This document shows, in pieces, positions 56,372 through 64,000 of a stretch of DNA of 64,000 nucleotides. Both the position numbers and the translations under genes were made by a program. Each line of letters starts with the position of its first letter. The stretch's first letter is position 1. The DNA is taken from positions 2,322,627-2,386,626 of the forward strand of contig OZ253943.1 in the NCBI GenBank assembly GCA_965267325.1. Reading direction: 5' to 3'. The notes under the pieces were generated by a model. The model was not told where the DNA came from, made no database searches, and saw only the letters and a program-made list of their open reading frames with translations. This DNA comes from Hyphococcus sp. (lineage in GTDB: Bacteria > Pseudomonadota > Alphaproteobacteria > Caulobacterales > Parvularculaceae).

Positions 56372-56830
56372 TCAGGCGTAGTCGAGCGGCAGCTCCGTCG
56401 TCGCCTTCAGTGTTTCCATGGAAAAGGTGGACGAGACGTCAGAAAATTCCGCCCCCGAAATGAGCCTTTTATATATTCGGTCAAAGCTCGCCATATCCGG
56501 GCAGACAACCTTCATCAGGTAGTCCACGTCGCCGCTCATGCGATGGAGTTCGACTATTTCGGGGATTGCCCGGACATGGGCGGTGAATTTCGACAGCCAC
56601 GCCTCGTCATGGCGCGCGGCCCGCACGGCGACAAAGGCCGTGAGCTTCAGGCCCGCAGCGTCCGGGTCAATAAGCGCCACGCGGCGGGCGACCACCCCTT
56701 CTTCCTCCAGCTTTTTGATGCGCCGCCAGCAGGGGGTCTGGGAGAGCCCGACCGATTCGGCGATATCGCTCACCGGGGTCGATGCATCACGCTGTAATTG
56801 CGCTAATATAGCCATGTCGATGCGATCCAT
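56372..56830 (-). CDS. Lrp/AsnC family regulator (DecR-like)
   Basis: MDRID-x-x-IL-x-x-LQ, VGLS-x-TPCWRRI-x-x-LEE-x-GV and HRMSGDVDY motifs. Confidence 0.92.
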   Translation of the reverse strand: MDRIDMAILAQLQRDASTPVSDIAESVGLSQTPCWRRIKKLEEEGVVARRVALIDPDAAGLKLTAFVAVRAARHDEAWLSKFTAHVRAIPEIVELHRMSGDVDYLMKVVCPDMASFDRIYKRLISGAEFSDVSSTFSMETLKATTELPLDYA

Positions 56831-56850
56831 TCCAATATTCTGTCACATAT

Positions 56851-56865
56851 TAGAAAATTTTTCCA
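56851..56865. promoter_or_regulatory. Lrp-type binding site in the divergent promoter
   Basis: TAGAAAATTTTTCCA matches 14/15 positions of the E. coli Lrp consensus YAGHAWATTWTDCTR; a related tract TAGAGAAATTTTTTT starts at 56891. Confidence 0.55.
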
Positions 56866-56956
56866 CAAATAGTTTTTCTATCTATCGAATTAGAGAAATT
56901 TTTTTCAACCATTTCCCCTTATTCTCCGATCATCAATGCGCAGGGGTGGACGGACT

Positions 56957-57217
56957 ATGATCAAGCGGGCGTTTACAGAGCATCCGGCAAGCGTCGGAGA
57001 GACCTATTTCCAGCATATGGGCATGGCTCTCGGCTTTGGCGCCCGCATGGTCGGCGCGGGCTTCGCCTGTCTCATCCACGCGTTTTTGCCGTTTCTGTTC
57101 AAGACGACAGGCAAGGACTGCATCGGAACCTTGCATGAGCGCATGGTCGCCAATCGCGACCGCCGGAAAATGCCGGCCATGGGCGCTGACGCCCGCCGCA
57201 TGACCGCAGCGGAATAA
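56957..57217 (+). CDS. DUF6356-type small protein
   Basis: FTEHPASVGETYFQH and ACLIHA-x-x-PFLF motifs. Confidence 0.85.
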   Translation: MIKRAFTEHPASVGETYFQHMGMALGFGARMVGAGFACLIHAFLPFLFKTTGKDCIGTLHERMVANRDRRKMPAMGADARRMTAAE

Positions 57218-57329
57218 TCTTTCAAAAATTCACCAATTAGGCGCAGTGCGCGCGCACGCCTTACCGCGATTTTAACTTCCGGCAGCGCATGCTGGCGGCC
57301 GCTAATCTCATTCATGGAGCCCGGCCGCC

Positions 57330-58304
57330 ATGTCCGAATTCGACGCCCACGCCCAACCCATCGAAACCCGCCTCGCCGCCGTCGGCGCCGACGGCTACAT
57401 CACCGCAGACGAAGTCCTTTTCCTGCGACGCAATGTCTTCGCCGACGGCGTTGTCTGCGAGCGCGAACTCGACGCGATTTTTGCTCTTGGCCAGCGCGCG
57501 CCTGACGGCGATCCCGAATGGCCGCAGTTTTTCGCCGAAGCGGTCGCGGATTTTTATCTGCGCGAGGAAGAACCACACGGTTATCTGACGTCGGATGAAT
57601 TCGACGAAATACAGGCGCGCATTGTCAGCGACGGTTGCGCCAACCGCCTGGAGCGCGCGCTGCTTGTCAAACTGATGGAAACGGCGCTCGAAACCCCGCC
57701 GGAGATGAGCGCCTTTACGGGCCGCGAACTGAAATCATCGATCATGGCGAAGGAGCGCCCGGCGGTTTCAAAAGAAGACGTGATGCTGATCCGTCGCTGG
57801 CTGTTCGCCGCTGGCGGCGCAGGCCACGCAGGCGTCACCCGCGAGGAAGCGGAGATCCTTTTTGAGATCAATGATGCTGTAAAATTTGGCGATGCGACGC
57901 CCGCCTGGGGCGAGCTTTTCACCCAAGGGGTCGTCAATCATCTGATGGCGGGCCTCGGCTATTCCGTTGCCAGCCGTGAGGACGCCATGGCGCGCCACGC
58001 CTTTGTCAGCGACCATTCAGTCAAAGTCGGCGGATTTTTCTCGCGCATGTTCTCCGGCGTCTTCGACGCCTTTTTAAACGCCGGCGGTACGCCGGAATCC
58101 GTATACGCACAAAAAGCGAATGAACGGGATGCAGCCGTTGCGGAGGCAGCGAAAATCACGCCGGCGGAAACTGAATGGCTCGCGACCCGCATCGGCCGCG
58201 ACGGCGCGCTCGACGACAATGAGCGCGCGTTGATCGCGCGCATGAAAGAACTCGAAGACGATCTTCCTGAAGCGCTCAAAGCGCTGGTGGAGAGGGCGGC
58301 GTAA
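57330..58304 (+). CDS. Helical-repeat hypothetical protein (TerB/EF-hand-like repeats)
   Basis: Repeated DG-x-I/V-x-x-x-E units (DGYITADE, DGVVCERE, AGVTREE, DGALDDNE). Confidence 0.8.
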   Translation: MSEFDAHAQPIETRLAAVGADGYITADEVLFLRRNVFADGVVCERELDAIFALGQRAPDGDPEWPQFFAEAVADFYLREEEPHGYLTSDEFDEIQARIVSDGCANRLERALLVKLMETALETPPEMSAFTGRELKSSIMAKERPAVSKEDVMLIRRWLFAAGGAGHAGVTREEAEILFEINDAVKFGDATPAWGELFTQGVVNHLMAGLGYSVASREDAMARHAFVSDHSVKVGGFFSRMFSGVFDAFLNAGGTPESVYAQKANERDAAVAEAAKITPAETEWLATRIGRDGALDDNERALIARMKELEDDLPEALKALVERAA

Positions 58305-58320
58305 GGCGCGCTGCGACCGG

Positions 58321-58824
58321 CTAACTCTGGCCTTGCTCTTCCTGAAACTTGGCGACGAAGGCTGAAATCACGTCGGCCCAGCGCGAGATGTTTTGCGCGA
58401 GGTGATCTTCGGAAACCCCGCCGCCGAGCTCGATGACATAGTCGACGCCAACCTGGTCCTTCTTTTCCAGAACATAGGCGCGCCCGAATACCTGACCGTC
58501 ATTGAAGCTGTTGACGATGCGGAAGTCTTCGGCGCTGGCGTTGCGGCCAAGATCGAAATTGGCGAAGAACATGAGGTTCTCGCAGGCTGGCGGGTCGCCG
58601 GCGCAGTCAAGCGCTCGCACGACAAATGAAAATTGCCCGGCCTGACCGTTGGCGACCGGCGCGCCCGAGGCCGCATCCTCAAGCATAGTGGGATTAAGTC
58701 CCGCGTTTGAGAGCGCGGCTTCAAGCTCGTCCGCCGTCACGGCGTCAATCGACTGCGCTGATGCTGCGCCGGCCAGAAAAAACGCCGCCGTCGTCACCGC
58801 AAGTGATTTTGACCAAGTCCCCAT
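58321..58824 (-). CDS. Secreted YbjN-domain protein
   Basis: Signal peptide; C-x-x-x-x-x-x-C-x-x-x-x-F-x-A-x-F, N-x-FN-x-x-x-x-FGRAY and GGVS motifs. Confidence 0.8.
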   Translation of the reverse strand: MGTWSKSLAVTTAAFFLAGAASAQSIDAVTADELEAALSNAGLNPTMLEDAASGAPVANGQAGQFSFVVRALDCAGDPPACENLMFFANFDLGRNASAEDFRIVNSFNDGQVFGRAYVLEKKDQVGVDYVIELGGGVSEDHLAQNISRWADVISAFVAKFQEEQGQS

Positions 58825-59014
58825 AACTACGCCCCACTCAACTATCTAACCCCGGCCGCCCTATCATGGCCGATGATCACGTTTGTTGGCAATGGCGTCG
58901 CAGGCAATTGGCTGCTCGTTGACTTGGGGCCGAGCCGGCCTATCCTCGCGCGCCGAACGCACACCGTCCCGCCACCCCGAGTTTAGGGCAACGCCTTCAA
59001 ATCACGGAATATTT

Positions 59015-59419
59015 ATGGCCGCTTCCCCCCCTTCATCGCGCCCGCTGTCCCCGCATCTGCAGATCTGGCGGTTTACGGTCACCATGGCCTCGTCGATTAC
59101 CCATCGCGCCACCGGCGTCGGCAACGCGGGTGGCGTATTGTTGCTCGCGGTCTGGATGTACGCCGCGCTTCGTGGGCCGGAGTTCTTTTCACCCCTCGGT
59201 GCGTTTTTGACCTCGCCCTTCGGTGCGATCATCATCGCCGGCTTTGTCTGGTCGCTCTCTTTTCATCTCCTCAACGGTTTGCGCTATCTCTATTGGGATT
59301 CAGGGCGCGGCTTCGCACCGAAATGGGCGCGTGCAACAAGCTGGGCGGTCTATATCGGGTCGGTTCTTCTGACGATTATCATTCTGGTCGCCGGCCACGC
59401 TGCGCGCGGAGGCGCGTGA
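59015..59419 (+). CDS. sdhC: Succinate dehydrogenase cytochrome b556 subunit
   Basis: RPLSPHLQIWR, SITHR-x-TG and FH-x-x-NGLRYL-x-WD motifs. Confidence 0.96.
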   Translation: MAASPPSSRPLSPHLQIWRFTVTMASSITHRATGVGNAGGVLLLAVWMYAALRGPEFFSPLGAFLTSPFGAIIIAGFVWSLSFHLLNGLRYLYWDSGRGFAPKWARATSWAVYIGSVLLTIIILVAGHAARGGA

Positions 59420-59420
59420 G

Positions 59421-59756
59421 ATGTCAAAAAAACACACCTCGACCTTTATCCTTCAGCGCGCAAGCGCGGTTGTTTTAATCCCGTTTGTCGTCTGGTTCCT
59501 GATCTCGCTTGTGGCGCACGCCGGCGACAGTTTTGTCGAGATGCGCGCCTGGCTTGCAAAACCGACGACAAGCATTCCGTTCGCCATCCTGATTTCACTT
59601 GGCGCCTATCATGGCCGCATCGGACTTGAGGAAGTGATCGTCGACTACATCCATTCCTGGGCGAAGTCCGTATTAGTATTTTTAAGCTGGCTCGCGGCGC
59701 TCGCCCTCATTGGCGTCGCGATCTGGTCCGCATACCAACTTTCATTCGCAGGCTAG
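59421..59756 (+). CDS. sdhD: Succinate dehydrogenase membrane anchor
   Basis: LQRASA and H-x-x-IGL-x-x-VIVDYIH motifs. Confidence 0.95.
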   Translation: MSKKHTSTFILQRASAVVLIPFVVWFLISLVAHAGDSFVEMRAWLAKPTTSIPFAILISLGAYHGRIGLEEVIVDYIHSWAKSVLVFLSWLAALALIGVAIWSAYQLSFAG

Positions 59757-59763
59757 TTTATTC

Positions 59764-61551
59764 ATGACGCAAAGTTACGAGATCGTCGATCATCAATACG
59801 ATGTGGTGGTTGTCGGAGCCGGGGGCGCAGGGCTTCGCGCCACGCTTGGCGCGGCGCAAGCGGGCCTTAAAACCGCTTGCGTGACCAAGGTCTTCCCGAC
59901 CCGTTCTCATACAGTTGCGGCGCAAGGGGGCATCTCCGCCGCCCTCGGCAACATGTCTGAAGACGACTGGCGCTGGCACATGTACGATACGGTCAAGGGC
60001 TCGGACTGGCTCGGCGATCAGGACGCCATCGAATATCTTTGCAAGCACGCGCCGGCCGCAGTTTACGAACTCGAACACTGGGGCGTCCCGTTCAGCCGCA
60101 CCGAAGACGGCAAAATCTATCAACGCGCCTTTGGCGGCATGACCAAGAATTACGGGGAGGGACAGGTGCAACGCACCTGCGCCGCCGCCGACCGCACCGG
60201 CCACGCCATTCTGCACACCCTTTACGGCCAGTCGGTCAAACAGAACGCCAAATTTTTTATCGAGCACTTCGCCCTTGATCTCATCATGAGCGACGATGGG
60301 GCGTGCCGCGGGGTGCTCTCCTGGGAACTCGACACGGGCGTCATTCACCGTTTCGCCGCCAAGATGGTAATCCTCGCCACCGGCGGTTACGGGCGAACTT
60401 ATTTTTCCTGCACATCCGCGCACACCTGCACCGGCGATGGCAACGCTATGGTGCTGCGCGCCGGACTTCCCTTGCAGGATATGGAATTTGTGCAGTTTCA
60501 CCCCACCGGCATTTACGGCGCAGGCGTGCTCATCACCGAAGGCTCGCGCGGCGAAGGCGGTTATCTCACCAACTCTGAGGGTGAGCGCTTTATGGAGCGT
60601 TACGCGCCAAGCGCCAAAGACCTTGCCTCTCGCGACGTTGTCTCACGCGCCATGACCATCGAGATCCGCGAAGGCCGCGGCGTCGGCCCGGAGAAAGATC
60701 ACATTCACCTGCATCTTGATCATCTCGATCCAAAGATCCTGGCGGCACGCCTTCCCGGCATTTCCGAAAGCGCGAAGATTTTTGCCGGCGTCGACGTGAC
60801 CAAAGAACCGATCCCGGTCCTGCCCACGGTGCATTACAATATGGGCGGCATACCGACGAATTATCACGGCGAAGTGGTGACCAAGCGCGGCGAAGACGCG
60901 GACATAGTGGCGCCGGGCCTTATGGCGATCGGCGAAGCGGCCTGCGTCTCCGTTCACGGCGCCAACCGTTTGGGGTCCAACTCGCTCATCGACCTTGTGG
61001 TTTTCGGGCGAGCTGCGGGCCTGCGCTGCGGCGAGGTCGTCGATGCAAAATCAGCGAATGCGGACCTTCCAAAACAAGCGACCGAAGAAGCACTGGCCCG
61101 GCTCGACAAGTTCCGTCATGCAAACGGCGAAACGCCGACGGCGGAACTGCGAAACGCCATGCAACGAACCATGCAGGAAAACTGCGCCGTTTTCCGCACC
61201 GGCGACGTGCTCGAAGAGGGGCGCGAAAAAATCGGCGAAGTCTACAAGGGGCTTGCCGATGTAGGCGTTTCAGACCGCACGATGATCTGGAACACTGATC
61301 TCGTCGAAACACTGGAATTCGACAATATGATCGGCCAGGCGATCGTCACCATGGAAGGCGCCGCCAATCGCAAAGAATCCCGCGGCGCTCATGCCCGCGA
61401 AGACTATCCCGATCGCGACGACGCCAACTGGATGAAGCACACGGCCGCCTGGTTTGCGCAGGGCAAAGCGACAATCGATTACCGCCCGGTGCACGAATAT
61501 ACGCTTACGGACGAGATCGACTATATCGAGCCGAAAGCACGGGTTTACTAG
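59764..61551 (+). CDS. sdhA: Succinate dehydrogenase flavoprotein
   Basis: VGAGGAG, FAD-binding [33 protein letters not shown] and ESRGAH motifs. Confidence 0.98.
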   Translation: MTQSYEIVDHQYDVVVVGAGGAGLRATLGAAQAGLKTACVTKVFPTRSHTVAAQGGISAALGNMSEDDWRWHMYDTVKGSDWLGDQDAIEYLCKHAPAAVYELEHWGVPFSRTEDGKIYQRAFGGMTKNYGEGQVQRTCAAADRTGHAILHTLYGQSVKQNAKFFIEHFALDLIMSDDGACRGVLSWELDTGVIHRFAAKMVILATGGYGRTYFSCTSAHTCTGDGNAMVLRAGLPLQDMEFVQFHPTGIYGAGVLITEGSRGEGGYLTNSEGERFMERYAPSAKDLASRDVVSRAMTIEIREGRGVGPEKDHIHLHLDHLDPKILAARLPGISESAKIFAGVDVTKEPIPVLPTVHYNMGGIPTNYHGEVVTKRGEDADIVAPGLMAIGEAACVSVHGANRLGSNSLIDLVVFGRAAGLRCGEVVDAKSANADLPKQATEEALARLDKFRHANGETPTAELRNAMQRTMQENCAVFRTGDVLEEGREKIGEVYKGLADVGVSDRTMIWNTDLVETLEFDNMIGQAIVTMEGAANRKESRGAHAREDYPDRDDANWMKHTAAWFAQGKATIDYRPVHEYTLTDEIDYIEPKARVY

Positions 61552-61604
61552 CCAGCGGCGACAGCCCGCCCAGCAATCTTGATATTCCGGGCTTGACCGC
61601 CCGC

Positions 61605-61633
61605 CCCCTCGCCGCAATCCAACCGGTCATGGG
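61605..61633 (+). repeat. Direct repeat, left copy
   Basis: CCCCTCGCCGCAATCCAACCGGTCATGGG; 26/29 identical to 62540-62568. Confidence 0.8.
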
Positions 61634-61746
61634 CGTTCAACGCCGCCATCCGGAATCGTGCAAATACACCTATACATCAATGCGTAATATTGATTATATC
61701 AATAAGTACAGTTTCCATCTCTACAATATAAACAAATATAAATAAG

Positions 61747-62211
61747 ATGATAAATAGCAATTTTCTTTATATTTTATTTTGCTCACTCGTCTCAACGGCT
61801 ATTATTGGGTTCCGAATAGAATCACACCCCGTTTCGGATTCTCTGATCGTTACTCTCGCGTATCAGCTGGGATCGTATTTGTTCGGCGCTTTGTTATTCC
61901 TGGGTTGCATTTTCACTCTACTGCGCATTGCGGCTTTTCTGCCTTCGGCAATGCGTGGTTCCTTTATCGCCATCAGCCTCGTCGCTGCGCTTGCGGCGCT
62001 AGCAAAAACAGTAATGGGGCTGGATCGAACCCTCCACGATTCATACTGCGAAAGCAGACAAGACTCTCTTCCTGCGCAGACAAGTGACAATTGCGGCGTT
62101 CATAGCTTTCTGCAAGATCGATCAATTCTTGAGCCCGGCGGCGATACTCGGCCTCAAGCCGGCTCAAAATCCGTTCTATGTCTCGCGCACCTAAAAACTC
62201 AAATCGAATGA
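61747..62211 (+). CDS. Hypothetical membrane protein in the AT-rich islet
   Basis: 3 hydrophobic segments; AT-rich leader; ATGA overlap with the next ORF. Confidence 0.55.
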   Translation: MINSNFLYILFCSLVSTAIIGFRIESHPVSDSLIVTLAYQLGSYLFGALLFLGCIFTLLRIAAFLPSAMRGSFIAISLVAALAALAKTVMGLDRTLHDSYCESRQDSLPAQTSDNCGVHSFLQDRSILEPGGDTRPQAGSKSVLCLAHLKTQIE

Positions 62212-62531
62212 TCAAAAGCAAGCTGAACCACAGGCTCATGGGGGCGGCCGTCCCGCTCATCACAATGATCATCGGTTTGCTGATTACCAGCGAAACGACG
62301 GTTGAGCCCATTTCAACGTACGGCCTTGCGCTGTTAGTTGTGGCGTTAGTCGCCGCCGCCATCACAGTTTCAGTCAACGTCGAGATCACGAGACAAATTG
62401 GCCGGGCTGATGCTGGCCAGACCGGGTCTGCGAAGAAGAAGCTTATCACGATCAAGCATTTGCTTGAGGGATGCGCCGCTTCGACAACAGTGTGCTCAAC
62501 TTTGCTTGTGTTCTTAATGTACCGCGCTTAG
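62208..62531 (+). CDS. Hypothetical 3-TM protein in the AT-rich islet
   Basis: ATGA-coupled start; hydrophobic segments; stop 8 nt before the right repeat. Confidence 0.55.
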   Translation: MIKSKLNHRLMGAAVPLITMIIGLLITSETTVEPISTYGLALLVVALVAAAITVSVNVEITRQIGRADAGQTGSAKKKLITIKHLLEGCAASTTVCSTLLVFLMYRA

Positions 62532-62539
62532 ACGCCCGG

Positions 62540-62568
62540 CCCCTCGCCGCAACCCAATCGGTCACGGG
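62540..62568 (+). repeat. Direct repeat, right copy
   Basis: CCCCTCGCCGCAACCCAATCGGTCACGGG. Confidence 0.8.
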
Positions 62569-62590
62569 AGCCCAACCCCATACCCCAGGC

Positions 62591-63667
62591 CTACCGCCTG
62601 AAATTCAACGTCGCTTCGACATTTTTCTGAGGCCGAGGCGCGCCGCCCACCGTACGCGGATCGAAGCGCCATTTCGAAATGGCGGCGACGGCGGCGTCGT
62701 CAAAACAGTCGTTTGACGTTGCGGTGACGCGAGGGTTTGTCGGACGACCGTTTACGTTGACGTCAAACAGCACGGAAACGGATTCAAGCGCGGCGGCGCC
62801 CCGTTCGCAGCGGGCGGGATATTTCGGCCCAATAGAACGAACAAGTCGCGCATCGATAACGGTTTCATCCGGCGCAACGGGCGTCGATGTTGCGGGAGAG
62901 GCGAGCGGAGCCGGCGCCGGTTCTGTCGTCGCCGGTGCAAGAACGGGCGCGTCGGGTTCAGCAGCAATTGGTTCGTCAATAATGGCCGGTGCGATGATCG
63001 CCGGTTCAATGACGGGCTCCTCTGCGGGGGCCGTTAATTCATCAAGCGCCGTCGCCTCCGCAGGCGCCGTCTCGGCCTCGCCAACAGGCGCGCCACCCAC
63101 CGGCGGGATCGGGACAACTTCATAATCGGCGGCCGAAACAACACGGGGTCTTGGCGCCTCCGCGCGGATTTCCGAAAGGCGCACCCGCGGACCGTTGTCC
63201 TGGGCGCTTGCGCCGTCAGCCTCATCATTGTTGCCGGCGATTTGGATGCCGATCCAGATGGCGAACGCAAGAATAAGCGCGATCCCGAATAGCGAACCCA
63301 CCTTCACCCCGGAACTGGTTTCATATGCTGGCTCGGGCGCCGCGCGCTTCGGGGTTTCAGGCTCCGGCCGCGCGGCCAAAACCTCGCGCCGGAATTCCGC
63401 CGCGACGGCGTCGGCGTCAAGGCCGAGATAGGCGGCGTAGACTTTAACAAAGCCAACCGCATAGGGCGTCGCCGGCAAACCGGCCGTGTTGCCCGTCTCA
63501 ATCGCTTCAATATGGGCCGGTTTGATCTTGGTCGCCGCGGCCGCTTCCGAGATCTCAATCCCCGCCGCCAGTCGCGCGCTCAGGAGAAACGGTCCAGCGC
63601 CGTCGCCCGCCGCAGCCGCCCGCGAGGCGGAAAGATCGATAATTTCGGCGGATTTCTCCTGAGACAT
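62591..63667 (-). CDS. RodZ-like HTH - TM - Pro/Glu linker - TonB C-terminal domain fusion
   Basis: N-terminal L-x-x-AR...KIK-x-x-HI-x-AIE-x-G...LP...YA-x-GFVK-x-YA-x-YLGLD; C-terminal PKYP...V-x-FDV-x-x-NG-x-P-x-NPRV...FDDAAV-x-AI-x-KWRF-x-P. Confidence 0.85.
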   Translation of the reverse strand: MSQEKSAEIIDLSASRAAAAGDGAGPFLLSARLAAGIEISEAAAATKIKPAHIEAIETGNTAGLPATPYAVGFVKVYAAYLGLDADAVAAEFRREVLAARPEPETPKRAAPEPAYETSSGVKVGSLFGIALILAFAIWIGIQIAGNNDEADGASAQDNGPRVRLSEIRAEAPRPRVVSAADYEVVPIPPVGGAPVGEAETAPAEATALDELTAPAEEPVIEPAIIAPAIIDEPIAAEPDAPVLAPATTEPAPAPLASPATSTPVAPDETVIDARLVRSIGPKYPARCERGAAALESVSVLFDVNVNGRPTNPRVTATSNDCFDDAAVAAISKWRFDPRTVGGAPRPQKNVEATLNFRR

Positions 63668-63858
63668 GCCCGTATTAACCTTACCAACGCAACTGACGTA
63701 GCCGACGCCACTAACTCTAACAGCACCGCCTGTTGCGAAGCATGAACGGCGCCACGGCGTCCGTTCTTTCGGAACTGTCATAAAGCGGTTCGCTCGCCTG
63801 TGGCCCATGGTAACATGAAAACTCGTTCATCGCCCATGGCGAACTTTAAGGAAACACC

Positions 63859-64000
63859 ATGAAATATGCCTCGTTCACACTCGAAATTGCCGAAGGCGTG
63901 GCGCATCTCCGCTTTTGCCGCCCGGAAAAAGCCAATTCCATGAACGCCGATTTCTGGCGCGAATTGCCCGAGGCGGTGAACGAGATTTCCGATAACGCCA
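63859..64000 (+). CDS. Enoyl-CoA hydratase/isomerase (crotonase), 5' fragment
   Basis: RBS AAGGA; manual translation MKYASFTLEIAEGVAHLRFCRPEKANSMNADFWRELPEAVNEISDNA. Confidence 0.85.
   Translation, partial: MKYASFTLEIAEGVAHLRFCRPEKANSMNADFWRELPEAVNEISDNA

Noticed and set aside
61688-61704. FNR/FixK box
   Set aside because: TTGAT-N3-ATCAA has a 3-nt spacer; the canonical box needs N4. Kept only as an unassigned palindrome.
62591-63667. Calling the gene rodZ or tonB
   Set aside because: It has only one domain of each, so neither symbol is justified
1-64000. rRNA, tRNA, transposase, integrase or prophage
   Set aside because: None recognised; the phage-like signal is limited to the domain inside ctaC

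Overview
GC-rich alphaproteobacterial chromosomal segment; the gene content suggests a marine Caulobacterales/Parvularculales-like organism (inference). Bases 1-14.3 kb are an accessory patchwork of small regulators, exporters, lipoproteins and AT-richer orphan genes, punctuated by at least 7 degenerate copies of a ~31-bp palindrome. The rest is mostly housekeeping and respiratory: phaZ, SCO, DUF1501/DUF1800, regB-regA, an M16 protease, a DUF305-LVIVD fusion, a MotA/MotB-like + M23 peptidase operon, an aa3-type cytochrome c oxidase cluster, tldD, gluQ, arfB, an Rv2686-2688c-like ABC exporter, rlmN and sdhCDA (no sdhB in the window). I saw no rRNA, tRNA, CRISPR array, transposase or integrase. 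The most unusual signals are: (1) a ~95-aa insertion in cytochrome c oxidase subunit II that resembles a phage tail-fibre N-terminal domain, with two paralogous unknown membrane genes inside the same cluster; (2) a RodZ-type HTH fused to a TonB C-terminal domain; (3) a translationally coupled MotA/MotB-like + unknown + M23 endopeptidase operon; (4) the palindromic repeat family separating accessory genes like cassettes; (5) a small AT-rich islet after sdhA bounded by 29-bp direct repeats. All family calls come from motif recognition by eye; no database search was run.
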